From Minisyncoccota bacterium (GTDB lineage: Bacteria > Patescibacteriota > Minisyncoccia > SW-4-49-11), in assembly GCA_032117235.1 (NCBI GenBank), contig JAULZW010000006.1, positions 2,532 to 66,531 on the forward strand: a stretch of 64,000 bases of DNA, given 5' to 3'. The notes beneath the pieces are model-generated. The model was not told the DNA's origin and searched no databases. It was given only the letters and a program-made list of their open reading frames with translations. The translations under genes were made by a program, and so were the position numbers. Shown here piece by piece: positions 9,637 to 17,920 of this stretch. The first letter of the stretch is position 1. Every line of letters begins with the position of its first letter.

Positions 9637-10281
9637 ATGAATAAAAATATTATCATCATTGGATTAGGTCCTAAATTAGGATTTGCTATGGCAAAAAAGT
9701 TTGGGGAGAATGGATTTGTAGTTGGTCTTATTAGTCGTAATGAAATTATGTTAAAGGAGCGGGCTATTTTGTTGCAAGAGCAAGGAATTAGTGTTTTTTA
9801 TCATACAGCTAATGTATATGATAAGGATGAACTTGAGACAGCTATCTCGTTTTTGAAGAATGAAATGGGTATTATAGATGTTTTGTTTTATAATGCTGCA
9901 GGTATGAAAAGGAAAAACCTATTATCTGAAGAAACTGATGATCTCGTGAATGATTTTCGATTAAATGTTGCTCATGTATTTCATTCGGTACAATATCTTT
10001 TGGATGATTTACGACAAACAAAGGGAGCGGTATTATTAACGGGGGGAGGATTTTCGCTCAACCCTAATCATGAATTTGGGTCATTGTCATTGGGTAAGGC
10101 TGGACTAAGAAATTTAGCACTTCAATTGAATGAAGCCTTAAAAGAGGATGATATTTATGTAGGGACGCTCACTATTAATGGGCATATTCAGGTAGAGAGT
10201 AATCTCTATTCACCGTCTATATTAGCTAATATGTTTTGGGAGATGTATATGAGTAGAATAGATACAGAGATAAGATATTAG
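9637..10281 (+). CDS. Short-chain dehydrogenase/reductase (atypical SDR)
   Basis: IIIGLGPKLG Rossmann loop, YNAA, LLTGGG, SLGKAGLR. Confidence 0.85.
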   Translation: MNKNIIIIGLGPKLGFAMAKKFGENGFVVGLISRNEIMLKERAILLQEQGISVFYHTANVYDKDELETAISFLKNEMGIIDVLFYNAAGMKRKNLLSEETDDLVNDFRLNVAHVFHSVQYLLDDLRQTKGAVLLTGGGFSLNPNHEFGSLSLGKAGLRNLALQLNEALKEDDIYVGTLTINGHIQVESNLYSPSILANMFWEMYMSRIDTEIRY

Positions 10282-10317
10282 GTTTGATATTCTGCTAAAG
10301 TTAATGATTTAGCTATA

Positions 10318-10761
10318 TTAAGTCTCTTTCGTTTTCATAGATAACATAAATAAAAGAATAGATAAAATAATAAACACATAATTCCCTATACCTCCTGGGG
10401 CGACACCTGTGAGGGTAAGGGGTTTGAAAAATCCAAGTATAAGTCTGAGACTATATTCAGTAAAGACAAACAGATACATAAGGGGGATAAGAGCTTTGTA
10501 GCGAATTGTGATGATGAGAAACACTATTCCAAGCAGTAGTTGAGAAATTCCCCATAATCCAAACATAAAAATAACCGTATTAGCACTTTCTACAGAATAG
10601 GTATCGAGTGGAATAGTGGCTATACTTTGTGCTCCACCATCAGGGGCTAATATATGAATTAGACTTCGGACTATAGTTATAAAGATGATAATATAAAAAG
10701 TATAGAGAGCAATAGGATGTCCAGTATAGGTGTTATTTATTTGTTTTGGGAAAATATGCAT
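10318..10761 (-). CDS. Conserved-looking hypothetical membrane protein
   Basis: Four hydrophobic segments and a RS.IH..PDGGAQSIATIPL motif. Confidence 0.7.
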   Translation of the reverse strand: MHIFPKQINNTYTGHPIALYTFYIIIFITIVRSLIHILAPDGGAQSIATIPLDTYSVESANTVIFMFGLWGISQLLLGIVFLIITIRYKALIPLMYLFVFTEYSLRLILGFFKPLTLTGVAPGGIGNYVFIILSILLFMLSMKTKET

Positions 10762-10973
10762 ATGCTATTATTTTATCTATATTATATCATAGATGAATAA
10801 AAATGCGGAATAATATGCCTGTCTTATGATTTAATGTAAACTATCAATAATCATAAGTTTGATAGGACTTATTACAGTAAAGAGTCAAATTCTGTATAGA
10901 GACTTTTTATTGTAGAAATAATGTGGTCTTGAGATTTTATTATATCTATATTCTGATTTATTGCATCTGCTAT

Positions 10974-11159
10974 TTATTGGGTAAACCCTGTACCTATAAC
11001 GAATTGAGATACGGACTCTTTATTTGGTTTTTGGCTGAAATATTCCTGAAGTAGTGTATGCCATTTACGAATATCATATTCACTAAGTCCATACTCTATC
11101 TCAGAGGACAATACATCTTGTAAATATTCAATATATGAATATAGTATTTCGTCTTCCAA
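10974..11159 (-). CDS. Small hypothetical protein or remnant; start uncertain
   Basis: The frame stays open upstream to about 11228 without an ATG; a promoter-like TTGTAG-N17-TATATT lies upstream on the minus strand. Confidence 0.35.
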   Translation of the reverse strand: MEDEILYSYIEYLQDVLSSEIEYGLSEYDIRKWHTLLQEYFSQKPNKESVSQFVIGTGFTQ

Positions 11160-11366
11160 AAATTTTAATGATTGAGTAATATATGGGGATTCAGGACATA
11201 GTGAATATATCTTATTATCAATAATATATTACTCCCTTACTTTGTCTACAATAGAATGAAATTTTACTCCCGCTAAAAATCTAGTGTTGTCTCACCTATT
11301 TCTAGTTCTCCATTTTTTACATATAATACGTTATATCCATAAGTGATTATGAGTTTTCTTATTTAT

Positions 11367-11570
11367 TTATACTCCAAAACTATACCCCTCCTCAGGTTGC
11401 CAAATATGCCCACATTGCTCACAAAGATGTTTTTTGTGGAGTCTTTTTGACCAATCATCTCTATCAATATGATGCAATCCACATTCAGGGCAATTTATAT
11501 CATTGCGAATAGAGAAGCTCCCAATAATTACTGAATTGCTTGGTTGGGGTTCTTGCTCTTGATTGCTCAT
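11367..11570 (-). CDS. Small zinc-ribbon protein
   Basis: CPECGLHHID...HKKHLCEQCGHIWQP. Confidence 0.65.
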   Translation of the reverse strand: MSNQEQEPQPSNSVIIGSFSIRNDINCPECGLHHIDRDDWSKRLHKKHLCEQCGHIWQPEEGYSFGV

Positions 11571-11616
11571 AATACAATTTACTAAATATTTATTGATTTA
11601 ACTATAACATACTTTT

Positions 11617-11816
11617 GCCCCCCTTCGGAGGGGGTGCCTGAAAGGTAGACTGTAAGTCTGGGAAAGGGGTCGGGAAAACGGGAGTTTTCCCGTGAAGGAA
11701 GGTTGGGAAACCGTGAGGTTTCACAGAAGCAAATCCTATTTGCGACGGGGGCGGATAAAATACAAACTTAAACTCTATCCACCTCCGGCCTGACGGCCAC
11801 CTCCTCCAAAGGAGGA
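11617..11816. repeat. REP-like multi-hairpin element, copy A, with a nested ~100-bp insertion
   Basis: CCCCTTCGGAGGGGGTG...GACGGGGGCGGATAAAA...TATCCACCTCCGGCCTGACGGCCACCTCCTCCAAAGGAGGA; collinear with 38053-38154. Confidence 0.8.
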
Positions 11817-11886
11817 TAGTTTTTGTAATAAGCTATGGTCGGTAGTCTAATAATATATAGTAATCTTTTTTGTCTACGATCTCTTC

Positions 11887-11917
11887 TATTGTACGGATAG
11901 GAGAAATGGGTTAGAAT
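11887..11917 (+). promoter_or_regulatory. Repeated promoter-like element, copy 3
   Basis: TATTGTACGGATAGGAGAAATGGGTTAGAAT; 28/31 identical to copy 2 and upstream of ORF 11949. Confidence 0.65.
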
Positions 11918-11948
11918 TAGTTTTATAATATAGCAAAAAACACTTAAT

Positions 11949-12236
11949 ATGGAAGCAATAATAGGAGCTTTAAGCACATTTAATCCACTTATTGCGCTAC
12001 TAATTCTAGTAGCATATATTGTTATAGATGCACTTTATGCAAAGTATACCTTAGATATTGCCAATTATAATGAATATAGAGCTGCTACTGTTGGTTCAAT
12101 TATACACTTTTGTATTGCATTTGGAGTAATTAATTATACTGAAAACTGGCTTTATATTTTCCCCCTTGCTATTGGATCATGGATTGGAACTTTTTTGATG
12201 GTAAAAAGAGAGCGTCTCAAGAAAAAGAAAGAGTAA
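11949..12236 (+). CDS. Small hypothetical membrane protein
   Basis: Three hydrophobic segments, GSWIGT motif, basic tail. Confidence 0.7.
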   Translation: MEAIIGALSTFNPLIALLILVAYIVIDALYAKYTLDIANYNEYRAATVGSIIHFCIAFGVINYTENWLYIFPLAIGSWIGTFLMVKRERLKKKKE

Positions 12237-12377
12237 CTGTGTATCTCTAGAATTATAGGCTATATATAATGTAAATTATTTATAATTATAAATCTATAAT
12301 CACTTTATACCTTTTGAATAAGAATAAGTTGCAAAATTATGAAAATTTAGGTATACTAAAATAGTTAATTTAATTAT

Positions 12378-12468
12378 GGAGAGATGGCTGAGCTGGTCGA
12401 AAGCACCACACTGCTAACGTGGCATAGGGTAAAACTTATCAAGGGTTCGAATCCCTTTCTCTCCGCCA
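12378..12468 (+). tRNA. tRNA-Ser(GCT)
   Basis: GGAGAGA acceptor stem, CCACA-CTGCTAA-CGTGG anticodon arm, long variable arm, GGTTCGAATCC T-arm, G+CCA end; TTGCAA-N17-TATACT promoter upstream. Confidence 0.95.
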
Positions 12469-12520
12469 AAATTAAGAATAGGGATAATATCCCGACCTTT
12501 AATTTATGGGAGTTAGTAAA

Positions 12521-12649
12521 AAGGGATTCGAATCCAGGGAAGGGGGCGGGAAACGGGAGTTTCCCGTGGAGGATGTATTGAAACCGAGTGGTTTCAAGGA
12601 GCAAATCCCATTTGCGACAGGTTCGTAATCCCTTTCTCTCCGCCAAAAT
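12521..12649 (+). repeat. tRNA-Ser(GCT) 3'-end duplicate preceded by an inverted T-arm copy and a three-hairpin module
   Basis: 12620-12649 equals 12444-12472 plus one extra T. AAGGGATTCGAATCC at 12521 is an inverted copy of the T-arm. 12537-12618 is homologous to 11660-11746. Confidence 0.85.
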
Positions 12650-12681
12650 ATAGAGGATAGGGCTATCAGTTATTTTGTAAG

Positions 12682-13443
12682 ATGAAACTTATATCATTAA
12701 ATACATGGGGTGGTCGAGCAGGGAAGGAAAATCTTCTTGAGTTTTTTAAGGCTTATAAAGATGTAGATATTTTTTGTTTACAGGAAATTTGGGCTGCTCC
12801 ATATGAAAATCTAGAATATGACTCTGTTAGTGGATTTAGTATTGATGATGATTATGCTAAATTTTATATTCAAGAAGTTGTAGATTTGATAACAACTCAT
12901 ACAGCATATTTTAGACCACAATATTCTGATTATTGGGGCCTGATGATATTAATCAAAAAAGATATAAATGTAATTTCAGAGGGGGAGCTTTTCGTCCATA
13001 AAGAAAAGGACTATATTCCTGAAGGAGATATTGGATTACATGCACGAAATATACAATTTGCGACAATTGCAACTCCGAATGGGCACAGGTCTATTATCAA
13101 TTTTCATGGATTATGGAATGGTAAAGGAAAAGGGGATAGCGAAGATAGACTATTACAATCAGATAAAATAATTGAGTTTATACAAACTTTAGCTAATCCA
13201 TATATTATAGCTTGAGATTTTAATCTATTGCCGGATACTCAGAGTATTAAAAAGTTTGAGGACTTGGGACTGAATAATCTCATCAAAGAATATAATATTA
13301 CTTCAACACGTACGAGTTTTTATACTAAGCCCGAAAAATTTGCCGATTATGTGTTTACCGATAAAGATATTACTATAAAAGACTTTAAGGTATTACCTGA
13401 TGAGGTATCTGATCATAGTGCTTTGTATTTGGAATTTGAATAA
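12682..13443 (+). pseudogene. Endonuclease/exonuclease/phosphatase (EEP) gene with one in-frame TGA (13213-13215)
   Basis: Motifs SLNTW, CLQE, NFHG, then IIA*DFN (canonical GDFN), DYVF and SDH, all in one frame. Confidence 0.82.
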
Positions 13444-13494
13444 TTTCAAACTTCTCGATTTTGCAACCAAGATAGATAGGTATATAGTTATTTA

Positions 13495-14118
13495 TTATCT
13501 CACCTCTAAAATTTCCTCCATATCAAATCGGACTTTTGGCCAGCTTTGATGATCATCTTCCGAACTGCGGTAGCCAAGTCCAATTAGGGTGACGGCGGTA
13601 TAATCTTTGAGCCCTAATATCTCGGTTACTTTCGTAGCATCAAACCCTTCCATAGGGGCGGCATCTACTTCAAGTTGAGCGGCTGTTAGTAATAGTATCC
13701 CAAGTGAAATATAGGCTTGTCTACGGCTCCAATCAAAGAATTTTTCAGGTTTAGTTTTATCTACAAATCCTTGTAACATATTGTGATATCCCTCAAGCTC
13801 AGAAATTTCTACTTTTCGTGCTTCAGCTGCTTTGCTAATAATACGATTGACATAAGGAGAATCAAGTGTATTAGGTATAGTAAGTACCAGTAAGGTAGGA
13901 GATGTCTTTATCGAATCTTGCTTGAACCCAGCTTCGAATATTTGATTACGAATTTCTGGGGATTGTATAGAGATATATTTCCATGGTTGAAAATTCATAG
14001 ATGAGGGGGATAGTCGTGCCGCCTCTATAATGGTATGCAATATATCCTCTGAGATAGCAGTAGGTAGGAATTTATCTGTGGCATAGCGCCAATTGAGGGC
14101 TTCTAATATAGATTTCAT
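13495..14118 (-). CDS. Nitroreductase (NfsB-like)
   Basis: Motifs WRYATDKF, LSPSS.NFQPW, PMEGFD, LGYR. Confidence 0.9.
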   Translation of the reverse strand: MKSILEALNWRYATDKFLPTAISEDILHTIIEAARLSPSSMNFQPWKYISIQSPEIRNQIFEAGFKQDSIKTSPTLLVLTIPNTLDSPYVNRIISKAAEARKVEISELEGYHNMLQGFVDKTKPEKFFDWSRRQAYISLGILLLTAAQLEVDAAPMEGFDATKVTEILGLKDYTAVTLIGLGYRSSEDDHQSWPKVRFDMEEILEVR

Positions 14119-14224
14119 TTTGGTAAATTTAATTATTTCATATTGTTAACAAGTATATTATAGCAAAATATTAAAAAATATGATATAATTTTAATATAAA
14201 GTAAACTCACTTAATCAATAAAAT

Positions 14225-16183
14225 ATGAAACTTATAAATAAAATTAATAGACTAATTGGAGTGGCTTTTGTTTTTTATGTATGTCTGCCTTTTGTAGCTC
14301 AAGCTAATAGCTTAAGCTTTCCTAATGGAATTTTATTAAAATCTACTAATAATCCAAAGGTTTATTATATAGAAAATGGTAAAAAAAGACCAATTGAGTC
14401 ACCCAATATGCTGAAGTCTCAGTTTAGATGGGATGATTTAGTAGTGAGCACTCCTGTAGAATTAGATTCTATACCAATTGGGGAGGAGATGACATATAGA
14501 GATGGGTCTTTATTATCCAACCGTGGAGCAGTATATGTAATTTCAGATGGTGCGCGCAGACCAGTAGAGTCAGCAAATACATTTTTACAAAAAGGCTATA
14601 AATGGAGTAATGTAATAGCAGTTAGTGATGCTGAGTTGGCCCCTCATCCACAAGGAGCTATGTTGGTGGCTAGTGAAAAACATCCAAATGGTAGTTTATT
14701 GGTAAGACCGGGAGGTGAGGTTTATGTGATTAAAAATGGGCAGAGAAGATATATTCCAAGTCCACTTATATTTCAAGCAAGATATCGTTGGGAGTCTCTG
14801 ATTGATGTCTCAGAGTTATATCTGAATACGTATCCACAAGGAGCTAATGAATTTTATCCCGATGGGTTGCTAATATCTAGTGCCACGGGAGTATTTATGA
14901 TGCAGAATAATGTAAGACAGCCTATTACTTCTCCTGCAGTTTTTGAGAGCTATGGCCTTAATTGGGGACAGGTGAGACGGGCTACAGATTTTGAATTATC
15001 TATTATCCCAGAATCTGGAGCTTTTAATAGGGTGAAACAATATGAAGGAGGCTCTATTATTGGAGCTTCTAGTGGTCCTGTATATCGTGTGGCTAATGAT
15101 GGAAGTTTGCAATATATTTCCAGTCCTAAAATTTTTGCAAGTCAAGGATATAGTTGGGATTCCGTACTAAGATTACCAGACAGTGTTGTAGATAAATATA
15201 CAAAAGCAGGAAGAGTTGGATTTGGTAATGGAACTTTAATTTCTTATAATGGAGGAGTTTATTGGATTGAAAATGGATTAAAAAGACCAGTACCAAGTCC
15301 CGCAATATTTAATGCCAGAGGATTTAGATGGAATAATGTAACTGCGGTTTCGGAGGATGAATTTAATGCCAATGCTATGGGGCAGGCTTTATCTGATATC
15401 CAATCTGCTAGTATAGATGGGTATATCATTCCAGCTACTAGCGGTAGAACTGCTCGAGAACAGCACTTAGCTCGAGATTGTAATGAAACAAGTGCTGATC
15501 ATTATGGACGAGCTTTAACTTCAGCTTCAGCACAAAATGGATTATTAACTACTGGAGGAGCCTTTGCTTTAACTTGTCCAGCAGGAAGTCTTAATTCAAG
15601 TTATGCTCCATTTAGTGTTGATGAAGAGAAATATTATATTACTATGCGTTGGAATTATGTAAGATGGTATGAGGCTACTAGTACTTTGACTCAGAATATT
15701 TCTGTTACTTCGGATAGAATTTTACTAACATCAGTAGCTGATTTTCCTAATACTGGTTGGGTTATAATTAATGGAGAGATTATTGCCTATAGTGGAAAGG
15801 ATGGTAATAGTTTAATAGTATCTCAGCGAGGTGTAGATAGTCCAGCTGTGGCAGCAAGTCCACGAGCTCATAATTCAGGAAGTACAGTACAAGAAGTATA
15901 TGAATATAGGTCAGATACTTGGCGCGGTAGAACTCGTACAGCTGAAATTTCAAACACATCTCAATCTAAAAACTGGCATCGGGGAAGAAAAGTTTTAGTA
16001 ACCAATCCATCCAATGGTAGAATGTTGGTAGCATCTATTATGGAATCAGGACCTGCTATATTTACAAATCGTGTGTCCGGGCTGTCTCCAGAAGCTATGT
16101 TAGAATTAGGTATATCTACTGACTCTAATTTAGAGTATGGGTTCTTAATTGATCAATCAATACCAGTTGGACCATTACAATAA
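14225..16183 (+). CDS. Secreted protein with six ~58-aa repeats and a C-terminal RlpA/DPBB-like domain
   Basis: Signal peptide ending AQA; six (P/R)(N/D)GxL...VYxIxNG.(K/R)R...SP...W repeats; C-terminal GRKVLVTNP.NG...ESGP...R...LSPEA. Confidence 0.7.
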   Translation: MKLINKINRLIGVAFVFYVCLPFVAQANSLSFPNGILLKSTNNPKVYYIENGKKRPIESPNMLKSQFRWDDLVVSTPVELDSIPIGEEMTYRDGSLLSNRGAVYVISDGARRPVESANTFLQKGYKWSNVIAVSDAELAPHPQGAMLVASEKHPNGSLLVRPGGEVYVIKNGQRRYIPSPLIFQARYRWESLIDVSELYLNTYPQGANEFYPDGLLISSATGVFMMQNNVRQPITSPAVFESYGLNWGQVRRATDFELSIIPESGAFNRVKQYEGGSIIGASSGPVYRVANDGSLQYISSPKIFASQGYSWDSVLRLPDSVVDKYTKAGRVGFGNGTLISYNGGVYWIENGLKRPVPSPAIFNARGFRWNNVTAVSEDEFNANAMGQALSDIQSASIDGYIIPATSGRTAREQHLARDCNETSADHYGRALTSASAQNGLLTTGGAFALTCPAGSLNSSYAPFSVDEEKYYITMRWNYVRWYEATSTLTQNISVTSDRILLTSVADFPNTGWVIINGEIIAYSGKDGNSLIVSQRGVDSPAVAASPRAHNSGSTVQEVYEYRSDTWRGRTRTAEISNTSQSKNWHRGRKVLVTNPSNGRMLVASIMESGPAIFTNRVSGLSPEAMLELGISTDSNLEYGFLIDQSIPVGPLQ

Positions 16184-17778
16184 TGAGACAAAAAAATATT
16201 TTTTTTATTTGCCTAATAGCATTGTTATTTATAGGGTATAATCCTATAATTAGTTTTGCTAGTACTCCTAATATACAAGCTCGTAATACTTGGGCAACAG
16301 ATAGTGATAATAATTTTACCAATAATATTTGGCCACCTAATGTCAATAATACTTTTCAAGTAAAGCGAATTCTAATTCATGATACAGCCATACCTAGTTT
16401 TAATAGTGATTCTCTAGATTCTAGGCAAATGACGAGATCTATTTTTATTATGCATGCCAGAGATAATGGTTGGGGAGATATTGGGTATAATTATCTTATT
16501 GCTCGGGACGGTACAGTTTATCAGGGAAGAATGGGACAAAATGGAGTAAGAGGTGCTCATCTTTATGTTAATCGAACAGGAGATAATTTTAATTATCAAA
16601 GTGTCGGTATCGCTTTATTAGGTCAATATGGTAGTGGTTATTCAACAGCACCAGAAGCTATGAAACAATCTTTAGCTAAATTATCTGGATGGCTTAGCTC
16701 AGTAAACAGTGTTTCTCCGACTGATTTTGTAAATGAGCCAATTTGGAATTTTTATACCAAGGGATATACCTCTACTTATAACGGATTTAGAGTTTCTGAC
16801 CATGGTGAGATTGAAGCTGGAAATGGAGATACTAATATGGTAGATATGTCTTGGCTTAGAAATAGAGCTCAAGAATGGAAACAATATTATGACAACTCAG
16901 TTTATCGTACAGAAAATGGAAGGATTTATAATATTCAAAACGGTATAAAAACTCCTACAGGTAATATTGGTGGTAAAACTATAATCAATATTAGTTCAAC
17001 AGAAATTAATTTGTTCCCAGATACTACCGATATTAGAACTTTTCCTGACGGATCATTATTAAGAACAGATACTGGAGTTGGATATTTGGAAAATGGAAGT
17101 ATTAGACCTATTATAAATCCAGATATTTTTAATTCTAGATTTAATTGGAAGGATGTAATAGATATTACAAGAGCAGAGTGGAACTCTTATCCATTAGCTT
17201 CAGCTCTAACTTTTAGAGAGGGTATGTTGGTTAGGGAGAGGAGTAATTCAGATGTATATGTAATTAGTAATCAGCAAAGAAGACATATTCCGTCTCCAGT
17301 TACATTTGAGAATTTGGGTTATCAATGGATTAATATAACTACTATTGCAGATGGGACTTTAGATATTTCTCATCCAAAGGGAGTTCCAATGCAATCTAGT
17401 CCATATCCTGATGGAACATTATTGGTGAATAGAGATAATCCTACCGGGATTGAGTTGTTAGAAAATGGTAAAAGAAGACCAATTCCAAGCCCTGAAGTAT
17501 TTGATACTCAATATAATTATAAAGATCTAGTTCGTGTATCGGGAAGTGAATGGAATTCTTATCCACAAGGATCTGCTGTATATTTTCGGGATGGAGTTAT
17601 TCTGAGAGCATCAGGCAGAGGAGAGGTATATATAATGTCTAATGGTAAAAAAAGATATGTCACTTCACCTTTTGTTTTTGAAAGATTAGGATATAAATGG
17701 AATAATATAAAAGTAGTATCTTCAGCTGGTTTGGATAGTGTTCCTTCGGGTAGTCCAATCACAGAAGATATGTTATAA
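16183..17778 (+). CDS. Secreted N-acetylmuramoyl-L-alanine amidase (Amidase_2/PGRP-like) with four C-terminal repeats
   Basis: Motifs RILIHDTA, GWGDIGYNYLI..DG.VYQGR, GAH, SVGIALLG; same repeat as the upstream gene; coupled by TAATG overlap. Confidence 0.85.
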   Translation: MRQKNIFFICLIALLFIGYNPIISFASTPNIQARNTWATDSDNNFTNNIWPPNVNNTFQVKRILIHDTAIPSFNSDSLDSRQMTRSIFIMHARDNGWGDIGYNYLIARDGTVYQGRMGQNGVRGAHLYVNRTGDNFNYQSVGIALLGQYGSGYSTAPEAMKQSLAKLSGWLSSVNSVSPTDFVNEPIWNFYTKGYTSTYNGFRVSDHGEIEAGNGDTNMVDMSWLRNRAQEWKQYYDNSVYRTENGRIYNIQNGIKTPTGNIGGKTIINISSTEINLFPDTTDIRTFPDGSLLRTDTGVGYLENGSIRPIINPDIFNSRFNWKDVIDITRAEWNSYPLASALTFREGMLVRERSNSDVYVISNQQRRHIPSPVTFENLGYQWINITTIADGTLDISHPKGVPMQSSPYPDGTLLVNRDNPTGIELLENGKRRPIPSPEVFDTQYNYKDLVRVSGSEWNSYPQGSAVYFRDGVILRASGRGEVYIMSNGKKRYVTSPFVFERLGYKWNNIKVVSSAGLDSVPSGSPITEDML

Positions 17779-17826
17779 TATTTATCTTGCAAAAAAGTTT
17801 AGTTTATGATATACTTATACTTAAAT

Positions 17827-17900
17827 GCGCGTGTAGCTCAGCTGGTTAGAGCGCTACACTGATAATGTAGAGGTCCCATGTTCAAGTCATGGCATGCGCA
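17827..17900 (+). tRNA. tRNA-Ile(GAT)
   Basis: GCGCGTG/CATGCGC acceptor stem, CTACA-CTGATAA-TGTAG anticodon arm, CCATG-TTCAAGT-CATGG T-arm. Confidence 0.93.
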
Positions 17901-17920
17901 CACTTTAGATAGAATAAATG

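Noticed and set aside
8838-11917. Integron attC array or CRISPR array
   Set aside because: The repeats are not palindromic, lack RYYYAAC/GTTRRRY ends, are separated by whole genes, and there is no intI or cas gene.
11768-11977. ORF 11768-11977(-)
   Set aside because: Runs through the REP-like element and a promoter; no protein features.
12521-12645. A second, intron-containing tRNA
   Set aside because: No 5' acceptor strand, D-arm or anticodon arm is found; only the 3' end is present.
12374-12646. ORFs 12374-12646(-) and 12384-12581(+)
   Set aside because: Translations of tRNA-Ser and its duplicate; the repeated 'AERKG' reflects the DNA repeat.
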